Part shown: positions 16,460-24,238 of the stretch, piece after piece
Layout of the letters: each line of letters opens with the position of its first letter
How positions within the stretch are numbered: the first letter of the stretch is position 1
Origin: Polynucleobacter sp. es-EL-1
GTDB lineage: Bacteria > Pseudomonadota > Gammaproteobacteria > Burkholderiales > Burkholderiaceae
Assembly: GCF_018687975.1 (NCBI RefSeq)
Contig: NZ_CP061310.1
Location: 1,493,584-1,525,583 of the forward strand
Direction of reading: 5' to 3'
Length of the DNA: 32,000 nucleotides
Notes under the pieces: model-generated
Database searches by the model: none
What the model was told of the DNA's origin: nothing
What the model saw: only the letters and a program-made list of their open reading frames with translations
Translations under genes and position numbers: made by a program

Positions 16460-17125
16460 TTAGTGATAGCGATGAGCATTTGAGCGTATCGGGCTATCCG
16501 AGTTCATTTCTGAATGGCAGTTGTATTTGATGCCCAAGTGATCGCAAGCCTCGATTAATGCATCCCCAATTTCAGAGCCATCAAACGAAAAACCCAGCTC
16601 TTCAAATACGATGCTCGATGCCTCTTGCATAATCCAGACATCGTCTTCTGTGAGCGGAATTTGATTGGCGATCTTAAATGCCGCCTGATGTACTTTATTC
16701 ATGCAGTCCGAGCACATATTGGCATTTAGGCATTCCATGATTGGGTCAAAAAAAGCCTCTTCTTCACTCGAGTCGTCCGTAAGCCCCAAGGCCATATTCA
16801 TATGATCGACCAAACCATCCCGATCAATAAATTGCATACCGTAGCGCTTGGCTGCTTTTATGCGCGCCTTGGTCACCTTCGAATCCTTTAAGCAGATACC
16901 ATGCACGTCCATGGTGAGTTGATCTATGCGATCAAGTATCTTTAAATCTTTGCGGTTTAGTTTTTCCCCTTGACTGATCTTGTTAATGGCTTTTGTATAA
17001 AGCGCCAATTCTTCTTGGCTTAAGCCTTCCTCAATGGTGTACTTAACATCTAATAATTTAATTCCAGTGCCGGACAACATGATTTTGTCTGCACTGACCA
17101 TCCCAAATTTCACTGTATTTCTCAT
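16460..17125 (-). CDS. hypothetical Cys-rich protein (221 aa)
   Basis: Long ORF with clusters CLNANMCSDCMNKVH and CDHLGIKYNCH that suggest metal (Zn) ligation. First gene of the minus-strand operon. Confidence 0.6.
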   Translation of the reverse strand: MRNTVKFGMVSADKIMLSGTGIKLLDVKYTIEEGLSQEELALYTKAINKISQGEKLNRKDLKILDRIDQLTMDVHGICLKDSKVTKARIKAAKRYGMQFIDRDGLVDHMNMALGLTDDSSEEEAFFDPIMECLNANMCSDCMNKVHQAAFKIANQIPLTEDDVWIMQEASSIVFEELGFSFDGSEIGDALIEACDHLGIKYNCHSEMNSDSPIRSNAHRYH

Positions 17126-17246
17126 CTTTAATTCTCCTCATTTATGGTCTAGACACTGTGTTTCGATCCATGAAATGAGTGTAGAATCTATTAGCAACTA
17201 TTTGATTTGCCTGTTTATTGTCACCTTTAAGTGTTAATATATTTGA

Positions 17247-18206
17247 ATGGCTACAGCACCTAAAAAAACCACTATTCCAGGGCGAACCACCAAAGATTGG
17301 TCGACTAAAGGTATCCAGGGCTATGTCATGCTGATGGTGGAATTTTTGCGGATTAGCCCAAGCTATGCCTTAGCGCATGAGATTAGAACTAAGAAGATAG
17401 CCCCATCAAAACAAGCTCCACTCATTCTTAAGCTTTACCGAGATACGGATAAACCGCTCACCAAACAAGCAGAGCGCGATGTAATTAGTGACTTCGCGCG
17501 AGTGCTATCGACGTACGATGAATACGGCGACATATTCCAATGTTCATTTGAAGAGTGGTGGGCCAATCGAGGATTAGCTATGTATGGATCACCCCATAAC
17601 AAACCCATCGTTAAGAAGATAGCCGGCATCAGTCAAGGAGAGTCTTATGAACCCCTCTTCGGACGAGCGCTAGAGCATTACTTTAATAAACAGCGAGCCA
17701 GTGAGGGCAATCCACCGGCTTTACTGCTGGCAGTTCCTCTTGGGCAACCTAAAAGGATATTACTCGCGTATATCTCTAAACTCATTGATGCTGAGGCAGT
17801 TCCTTTACCTATTAAGTCCCAAAGGGCTATCAAGCCACTTGTAGCCAAACGCTTACGCTCAGCGCCACTCTTTATCATGTTGCGCATATTGATGGCTAGA
17901 GCCCAGTACCCTCAATTACCGTTATGGCGGATTGGGAAGCATGCGGGCGTGAGCCAAAAATATGCCCAAACAGAAATTACACTCAATAAAAAACGCTTAC
18001 AAGATGCTGACGCTAAGATTCATTTGAGTATTTTGACAAGTCGATATCTACTCAAGGCCAAATGCGTTGCAGAGCAGGCGGCGCGAGGACAGTTTCCTAG
18101 TTCGGCCAAATTGGTCCTGCCCGCATTTGATCTGGATGCTGTTTTTATGCGATTACAGGCAAGGTATCCGCAGCTTAAAGCAGGTAAACCTACAAAATCA
18201 AAGTAG
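17247..18206 (+). CDS. hypothetical protein (319 aa), possible DNA-binding protein
   Basis: Long basic ORF, divergent from the 17125 operon. It has an HTH-like segment (LPLWRIGKHAGVSQKYAQTEI). It converges end to end with the small recombinase gene. Confidence 0.6.
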   Translation: MATAPKKTTIPGRTTKDWSTKGIQGYVMLMVEFLRISPSYALAHEIRTKKIAPSKQAPLILKLYRDTDKPLTKQAERDVISDFARVLSTYDEYGDIFQCSFEEWWANRGLAMYGSPHNKPIVKKIAGISQGESYEPLFGRALEHYFNKQRASEGNPPALLLAVPLGQPKRILLAYISKLIDAEAVPLPIKSQRAIKPLVAKRLRSAPLFIMLRILMARAQYPQLPLWRIGKHAGVSQKYAQTEITLNKKRLQDADAKIHLSILTSRYLLKAKCVAEQAARGQFPSSAKLVLPAFDLDAVFMRLQARYPQLKAGKPTKSK

Positions 18207-18207
18207 G

Positions 18208-18795
18208 CTAAATCAGCTCCACCGCATTACGCAGGATATCGGGACGAGTATCAATATAGCGCTGCGTGGTGGACATTTGACTGTGACCTGCCAACTGCAT
18301 CATGACCCTTACTGACACCCCCTTCTCACTGAGTCGTGTCAAAAAGCCACGGCGACCACTATGGCTAGTAGCGCCATTAAGCCCTGCTTGACGATATAAG
18401 CCGTTAATCACATGCGTTAAGGTGTTTGGTGTGAATCCCAAAGCCCTTTGTGTGGGGAACAATGGACGATTCATGTCTTTTGGTGGATGCGCTGCGATAT
18501 AGATGGCAAGTTCCTGTTGCATACGCTCTGATAACAGCACTACCCTACTTTTAGAGCCCTTGGTCTGATTTGCAGCTAAGTGAATCTCGCTTAACACCTG
18601 TTTATCCGCGTTTAAAACGTCGCTGTAGCGCACACTTGCTACTTCACCTATTCGCATACCCGCCCAGTGCGTTAACAGCAGTATTGCGCGATTACGCACT
18701 GCTGCTTTGGTGCTCGCTGCGTAGTCTAGTGCTCGCTGTAATTCTGCATCACTTAATGTTTTTGCTTGTGCCATGGTCTCTCCTTGTATTGCCAT
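18208..18795 (-). CDS. short tyrosine recombinase (catalytic domain only)
   Basis: 195-aa ORF carrying the R...K...HxxR...H...Y set: AGMRIGEV, TKGSKSRVV, HSGRRGF, LAGHSQMSTTQRYI. It has no N-terminal arm or core-binding domain. Confidence 0.8.
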   Translation of the reverse strand: MAIQGETMAQAKTLSDAELQRALDYAASTKAAVRNRAILLLTHWAGMRIGEVASVRYSDVLNADKQVLSEIHLAANQTKGSKSRVVLLSERMQQELAIYIAAHPPKDMNRPLFPTQRALGFTPNTLTHVINGLYRQAGLNGATSHSGRRGFLTRLSEKGVSVRVMMQLAGHSQMSTTQRYIDTRPDILRNAVELI

Positions 18796-18988
18796 CTATG
18801 TACTTATATTTTGTAGTCAAAACTGCCATATTCCTACCGAAAATGGCCACTAATACACTCAGATTGATGGGTTTTTCAAGTGAAAATGACTGAAAAATAA
18901 TCGCTTGATTTTCAAATGGTTACAAGCACTCAACACTTAACGTAACTAATGTGTTGAGTGGAAAAATCATGGAATTTGATGGTATTTC

Positions 18989-19004
18989 GTGGCAGATCTG
19001 CCAC
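18989..19004. promoter_or_regulatory. 16-bp perfect palindrome gtggcagatctgccac in the recombinase/ORF143 divergent intergenic region
   Basis: Read directly. A second inverted repeat lies just upstream: cactcaacac (18927-18936) and gtgttgagtg (18951-18960). Confidence 0.45.
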
Positions 19005-19050
19005 AATTATTCGAAAGCATTAATAGCTCAAATTTACTAAAGGCCTTGAT

Positions 19051-19482
19051 ATGCAAAATCCCAATAGTCCCGAACGTTTACTTGGTCCATTTCTTTCAAG
19101 ATCGTCTACTCGTTATATAGACGTCTATAGGAAAATTACTGGTAAAGACGCTAAACAACACTTAGCCCATATTTTGAGGTTTTCACACCAACATGGAAAA
19201 ATGCCGGAAATGTATTACTGGCTCATATCTATAACTGGAAAAGAATTTTTATCTAAGCCTGAATATCAGCCTTTTGGCGATCTTATCAATAATGAGCTTG
19301 ATATTATCAAAAGCCAATACAAAGAAAGTCGATATCTAAAAAGGATTAATCAAGAGGCTATGGCTAAGGATATGCCTATTACCCAAGAAAATCTCTCTAG
19401 AATTGCATTACAAAATGGATTAATTGAATGGGTAAACAAACATCAAAGAGTAATACCATACGCAATTCAACTTAATAATTGA
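19051..19482 (+). CDS. hypothetical protein (143 aa)
   Basis: ORF followed by a hairpin plus T-run terminator. Confidence 0.5.
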   Translation: MQNPNSPERLLGPFLSRSSTRYIDVYRKITGKDAKQHLAHILRFSHQHGKMPEMYYWLISITGKEFLSKPEYQPFGDLINNELDIIKSQYKESRYLKRINQEAMAKDMPITQENLSRIALQNGLIEWVNKHQRVIPYAIQLNN

Positions 19483-19503
19483 TCTATTTGATAGATATTT
19501 AAT

Positions 19504-19559
19504 AGCGAGCTAGGCTCGCTTGTGCCTTCGCTACCGCTTGGCACATTTTTTCTTTTTTT
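19504..19559 (+). terminator. tandem hairpins plus a long T-run (rho-independent terminator)
   Basis: Hairpins agcgagc-tag-gctcgct and tgtgcc-N13-ggcaca, followed by ttttttcttttttt. Confidence 0.55.
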
Positions 19560-20193
19560 AATTATTAAATATTCTCTTTCACTAGGAAGCACAAGCCAAG
19601 CCCTGTTAAAGGGCTCAACTCATGCAAGCCTCTTTCACTGAGGTTTTCAACTGATATACACACAACTTGCTAGTGCAAGATAGGTAGGTATTGCTATCAC
19701 CTATTACGTGCCGTCATACGCAGCTAATTTGCGGTCTATATCAGGAACCCTTACAAACTAGCTTGTGGGTTTATCTCATTGGCTTTCCCACTCACTTTCA
19801 GCCTAAATACTTCTAAGCCTACATTCACGTATTTCTACGCTACCAACCAATACAACATCGCAAACGGTACTGCCACACAGGGGCGTCGTTTAAAGCATCC
19901 AAAACAGGGTCTTGGGTAGTGCAATGAGGCCAGATAGTAAGGGTTCTGAATTGCGTACCGTCACACATCAGAACGGGTTTCGCAGCACTATTACCTTCGG
20001 CGTGCCAACCTTTAAGCCTTACTGTTTTTTTACTGCTTTTTATGAATTTATTTAGCTTGAACATAAAGATCGGTAAAAAAAGTAGATATGTGTTCTAAGA
20101 CCTAAAAGGGGCTCAAGAATGGCCTTTTTTCGGTTGTCCAAAGGGGTTTTCTGATCATATTGTTGTGTTGTCCAGGCATTTTTAACTCAACTG

Positions 20194-20724
20194 ATGGAGA
20201 ACATGATGGCAATGCTAGAGAACCTGAATACCTTCAAATTGACCGATGCAAAAAGGCCTAAAAACCAGCCCCCTGTAGTGCAGCGTAGAAACAAGCTGAT
20301 TAGCAAGTTATGGGAACAGCTGGAATTGGCCAAAGCAAAACATAGCGGTAAAGACTTTGTCGTAAAGCGCTACAAAAACGTTAAGGATCTAGAAGGCAAT
20401 ATCAAGAGCATCGAAAAGCCTAAACGTATCAAACCTTGGTGGTTTACCAGCAACACTGGAACACTTTGTATCAATGTTTTTTATGGCAGCAAGCTTTTAG
20501 ATCTAGCTAATGGCAAAACCGCAGTTGAGGCCACTAATCTTGCTAACGTCATTGAAGTTCTAGAACTACTCAAGCGTGAAGCGGAGATCGGCACGTTTGA
20601 TGCGGCCATTGAGGCAGCAAGCTTACAGCTGCGCAGCCGCTTTGAATTGAAAATCCCGAAAACGAGTCAAAAGAGTAAGGTTCTGACCGATTCCAATACG
20701 CAAACCGCATTCATAAATAAATGA
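20194..20724 (+). CDS. hypothetical protein (176 aa), basic
   Basis: First ORF of four co-directional ORFs. The start is ambiguous, with four in-frame Met codons within seven codons. Confidence 0.55.
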   Translation: MENMMAMLENLNTFKLTDAKRPKNQPPVVQRRNKLISKLWEQLELAKAKHSGKDFVVKRYKNVKDLEGNIKSIEKPKRIKPWWFTSNTGTLCINVFYGSKLLDLANGKTAVEATNLANVIEVLELLKREAEIGTFDAAIEAASLQLRSRFELKIPKTSQKSKVLTDSNTQTAFINK

Positions 20725-20742
20725 CTGTGAGGTATAGCAAAA

Positions 20743-21108
20743 ATGAATCCATCTAAAACCCAGCTTTTGAATCATTTGGAGCAATTTTATGGAACGCAGT
20801 ACTACTACCCTCTATGGCCTAAAGTCTTTCTAACGGATGGCGCCCAGTTTCTGGCACAAGAAGCGGCCTGCTATTGGCTGATGGATGCCATAGCTAGTCA
20901 TATTGTTCATTTACCAAAAGCAGAAGTATTTGTCAGCTGCAAGTTAATTGTCTATAACGATAAGGCTGAACTACAACTAGACGATGGCAATGGCAACGTA
21001 CTAGCCACACAGAAGATTGCCTATACGACCTTCCCCTTGGACTCCATAGTGCTGTATGCGTGCTGGGATAGTGAGCGTTGGATCTTAATGCTTCCTACCG
21101 AGTATTAG
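20743..21108 (+). CDS. DUF6876-like protein (plasmid/ICE-associated family)
   Basis: 121-aa ORF with a gaggt RBS. The N-terminal pattern LEQFYGTQYYYP...LTDGAQFLAQEAACYWLMDAIASH matches my recollection of the DUF6876 signature (F.GTE.YYRH..YTDGV..LAE..GAYWLLD.I). Confidence 0.5.
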   Translation: MNPSKTQLLNHLEQFYGTQYYYPLWPKVFLTDGAQFLAQEAACYWLMDAIASHIVHLPKAEVFVSCKLIVYNDKAELQLDDGNGNVLATQKIAYTTFPLDSIVLYACWDSERWILMLPTEY

Positions 21109-21137
21109 TCACTAAAAGTCAGCAGCTAAATATCAGT

Positions 21138-21488
21138 ATGCGATTTTATGAATTTAAATCTAGTCCAACTAAACCATTAAGCTCGGCACAAGCACGAATC
21201 AAAGCTCTTAAAGATCAGGCTAAACGAGCACAGGCAGCAGTTAAGGCTGAACGAGCTAGGCAAAAGATACAGGCCGCTCAAACTACCCTCAATCAATTAG
21301 AAAGCCACTCAATGTCAAAAACCTTTAGAGCATTACATAAGCCCAATAACCCATACTCCGCTTGGATCGGCATTGGTACCTATGGATCATTTAATGATGC
21401 GCTAGCTGCAGTACTAAGAAAAAAGAATCAAGGGTCAATTGCAGTGCAGATACAAGATGGCGCTAAGATTACGATATATTCATCTTAA
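21138..21488 (+). CDS. hypothetical protein (116 aa), with an alternative upstream start at 21078
   Basis: ORF with a lysine/alanine/glutamine-rich helical N-terminus. The 21078 start would overlap the previous gene by 31 nt. Confidence 0.45.
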   Translation: MRFYEFKSSPTKPLSSAQARIKALKDQAKRAQAAVKAERARQKIQAAQTTLNQLESHSMSKTFRALHKPNNPYSAWIGIGTYGSFNDALAAVLRKKNQGSIAVQIQDGAKITIYSS

Positions 21489-21522
21489 TTAATCATTTTC
21501 CACTCTCTTGGAAAGGTGCTAT

Positions 21523-21864
21523 ATGAGCAATTCACCTGAAGAACTTCAAATTGAATTTGAAAAGCTGTATCAATATCTGTCAGATTCTCTGGATAATGGA
21601 CTCATTAAGGGCGATCACTATGATTGTGCACAATACATAATCTCTAAAGCCTATCCAGAAGAAACAAGGGAAATCAACATTGATGAAGGTAATCTAGATG
21701 AAGATGCCGATTCATCCGAAATTGGTGGAACTGTAATGTTAGATATGCTATTCGAAGTAGTGGAGGATAAAGCTACATTTATCAGCGATTTCAGAAAAGC
21801 GATTGATAACTGTCGAACATGGAATCCAGACGAAGTAGCGCAAGAAATTATTAATTCAAGATAG
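21523..21864 (+). CDS. small highly acidic protein (113 aa)
   Basis: ATG at 21523 preceded by ggaaaggtg. It has Asp/Glu-rich tracts (INIDEGNLDEDADSSEIGG, MLFEVVEDK). Confidence 0.55.
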   Translation: MSNSPEELQIEFEKLYQYLSDSLDNGLIKGDHYDCAQYIISKAYPEETREINIDEGNLDEDADSSEIGGTVMLDMLFEVVEDKATFISDFRKAIDNCRTWNPDEVAQEIINSR

Positions 21865-21916
21865 ACATATTTAAAACCAATATAGTTAACCTCGTCCTTG
21901 CAATGAAAGCTTGGCA

Positions 21917-22066
21917 TTACGCAACATGCTGAACTTGCCTCAACCATTCTTGCTCGTCATTAGTTAAACTTCTCTCTTTCTCAGCGTCTTTTAATTCTTC
22001 TATTAGCATTTCTTGATTTTTAGTCGTCCACGATCCCGTGTGCCAACTTGGTGTAACTAATTTCAT
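21917..22066 (-). CDS. possible small ORF (49 aa), not in the supplied ORF track
   Basis: My own translation is MKLVTPSWHTGSWTTKNQEMLIEELKDAEKERSLTNDEQEWLRQVQHVA. An aagga motif lies 7 nt upstream of the ATG. It is downstream of, and co-directional with, the integrase gene. Confidence 0.3.
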   Translation of the reverse strand: MKLVTPSWHTGSWTTKNQEMLIEELKDAEKERSLTNDEQEWLRQVQHVA

Positions 22067-22297
22067 AAATTTTCCTTAAGAAACATCTGCTTTAAATCTT
22101 ATTTTTTATGCCGTCTAGTACTCTAATGCTATCTATATTAACCTCCATTATTGGCAGTCTCGACTCACTAAAATTTATTTTCTGCTGCATTAACTTTTAC
22201 CAGCTAATAATTTTAAGAAATCAGCAATACCTTTCCAAAATTGGTTTATAGCAATACTCCTAAATCATTAAAATTGACCAGGAAATTCTTGTTAAAC

Positions 22298-23644
22298 TTA
22301 AACCATCCGCAGCTCTCGTGCTGCCCGCTTCCTGCTAGGATAGTTATCAGTAGCCTTGCCATCCGCCTCAATCAGCTTTCTAGTATTTACACCACGTAAT
22401 TGCTCAATAGCCTGTATTACCTGTAAGTGGCTATAGTGCCGCTCAATCATTAATACACTTGTACCCATTTGTTTTGCTAGCGTATGAATAGGTACCATAT
22501 CGTGAGTAAGTGCTAATGTGGCATAGGTATGGCGTAGGCTATAGAACACACGCTTTTGATTGGTCTTGGGATCTATTAGTAAGCCATGGTCTGATAAGAA
22601 GTTATCAAACATATGGTTTAAAACATCACTTAAATCTCTACCATCTTTAGCTCTAAAGATGTAGTCATCATTGGTGGGTTTAATCAGCCCAGCTAAAGGA
22701 TCTTTAATTGAGCTAGCTACCCCATAATTTCTAAGCGCAATACGCTCTAGCACCTTGACGCTAGGTAGTCGCCCAATAATCTGCCTTTGCCCTGTTTTAC
22801 CTTTTACTGTCATTTCACAACTTCTATTTAAGTTATGAATTTCAATAACTTCGCCTTCTTCATCCAATTGATCTGTCACGGTGCTAATGGGGTTCATCAT
22901 GAAGCGGATTTGCTTCCATTTCATATCAAGCAACTCAATGCCTGGCCTTGCTCCTGTATCTACCAGCATTTCCACATAATCTCTCAGGATCTCACGGCGC
23001 TCACGCACATCCCGAGTTCTACCTGATTCTATGTATGGACCTAGTAGTTTTAGTAAGGCTCTGAGTTCATGCAGCTCAAATGCTGGGCGACGCACACTCT
23101 CTTTAGTCTTGCCATCTAACTTGGGACGATTGCTCTCGGTTAAGTAACCCCGAACAATGGCTTCATCAAATACCCTGTTAAATGCAGCGTTTTGAGTCTT
23201 ACGATTGCTATTGGATAGCGCTAATCCATACTTGGCTTCACGGTCATCGTAGTACTGCTGCAGGGCGTCGTAGTCAATATTGGTTATGAGTCTTTGCCCA
23301 AGACTAGGTATGAAGTGCTCATTAATGATGCGGATGTAGTCTTTGTAGATTGACTTACCCAAGCCACCCTTCAAGTCTCGCTCCATGCGATCAATTGCCA
23401 GCATGGCGATATCTTTAAAGCGTTTGGTTACTACTGGAATACCGGAGCGTTTACGAATCTCTGCCTCCACTAATAGCTCTTTAGCCTTATTAACTGCCAA
23501 GTCAAGCTGGGTTTCTTTAGTAGTTGCTCGTATCCACTTGTTATCCACCTTATAGCGACATTGCCATACGGCGCTATGCTCGCGCTGATAGAGGGTTAGG
23601 TTACGGTGTATGAGTTGATGTGTACTTTCTTTTTTAATTGCCAT
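22298..23644 (-). CDS. tyrosine-type site-specific integrase (full length, 448 aa)
   Basis: Catalytic motifs LVDTGARPGIELLDMKW, YSLRHTYATLAL and GTSVLMIERHYSH. It has an N-terminal arm-type region (WQCRYKVDNKWIRATTKE). Confidence 0.85.
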   Translation of the reverse strand: MAIKKESTHQLIHRNLTLYQREHSAVWQCRYKVDNKWIRATTKETQLDLAVNKAKELLVEAEIRKRSGIPVVTKRFKDIAMLAIDRMERDLKGGLGKSIYKDYIRIINEHFIPSLGQRLITNIDYDALQQYYDDREAKYGLALSNSNRKTQNAAFNRVFDEAIVRGYLTESNRPKLDGKTKESVRRPAFELHELRALLKLLGPYIESGRTRDVRERREILRDYVEMLVDTGARPGIELLDMKWKQIRFMMNPISTVTDQLDEEGEVIEIHNLNRSCEMTVKGKTGQRQIIGRLPSVKVLERIALRNYGVASSIKDPLAGLIKPTNDDYIFRAKDGRDLSDVLNHMFDNFLSDHGLLIDPKTNQKRVFYSLRHTYATLALTHDMVPIHTLAKQMGTSVLMIERHYSHLQVIQAIEQLRGVNTRKLIEADGKATDNYPSRKRAARELRMV

Positions 23645-23756
23645 ACATATACTTTAGCTTCAGAGCCTAGGCTAGAGCAACCAAGTTGGCTGAAAAATAG
23701 AGGTCAATTTAGCCAAAAGAACTTGTGGCTAAGAGTGGAGTTTATTGGGGGGGATG

Positions 23757-23777
23757 AGCGTTACTTAAAGTAACGCT
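23757..23777. repeat. island palindrome copy 5 (agcgttacttaaagtaacgct)
   Basis: Perfect 21-nt palindrome 113 bp upstream of the integrase start, preceded by a G7 run. Confidence 0.95.
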
Positions 23778-23818
23778 TGGGATGTTGCAAAAAATCAAGA
23801 TTAATTCTATATTAAAAA

Positions 23819-24238
23819 ATGAGCTTACATCTCAACTACTTAAAACCTCCATCTAAAGCGCATCGAGATTATGCAAAAGCTCTTTATGATAGAAGGAATG
23901 AGGCAATTTATATCCCAAAGGTTAATGTTGAACTACCGAATTGGAAGCCCCAAATAAATAGATGTCACGACAACTGCGCCGAGTGGTATTTAAACAATCC
24001 AAATTGCGAAATAGTTCATGGATGGCTTTCTATAGATTTAACTGCTATCGGTTTTTACAGATTTATTGCCCATTCCGTAATTAAGAATTTAGATGGCTCA
24101 TTTATAGACATTACGCCATCCTTAATTCAAACCAACTATCCATTTCTTAAAGGCAGCCTTGATTCGGATCAGTATTTTGAAGCAACAGATGTTTTACATG
24201 AGCATTTTGGAGACTCAAATCTAGATCATTGGATCTAA
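23819..24238 (+). CDS. hypothetical protein (139 aa)
   Basis: ORF only. Its stop codon overlaps the hsdR stop (convergent 4-nt overlap). Confidence 0.45.
   Translation: MSLHLNYLKPPSKAHRDYAKALYDRRNEAIYIPKVNVELPNWKPQINRCHDNCAEWYLNNPNCEIVHGWLSIDLTAIGFYRFIAHSVIKNLDGSFIDITPSLIQTNYPFLKGSLDSDQYFEATDVLHEHFGDSNLDHWI

Noticed and set aside
19840-20064. 74-aa minus-strand ORF
   Set aside because: It has no RBS, an atypical Cys/Trp-rich composition, and sits isolated in a structured non-coding stretch. It is probably spurious.
19483-20193. Retron-like msr/msd or group II intron in the ORF-poor region
   Set aside because: Inverted repeats are present, but there is no reverse transcriptase or maturase ORF anywhere in the window. 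I also recognise no domain V or VI-like motifs.
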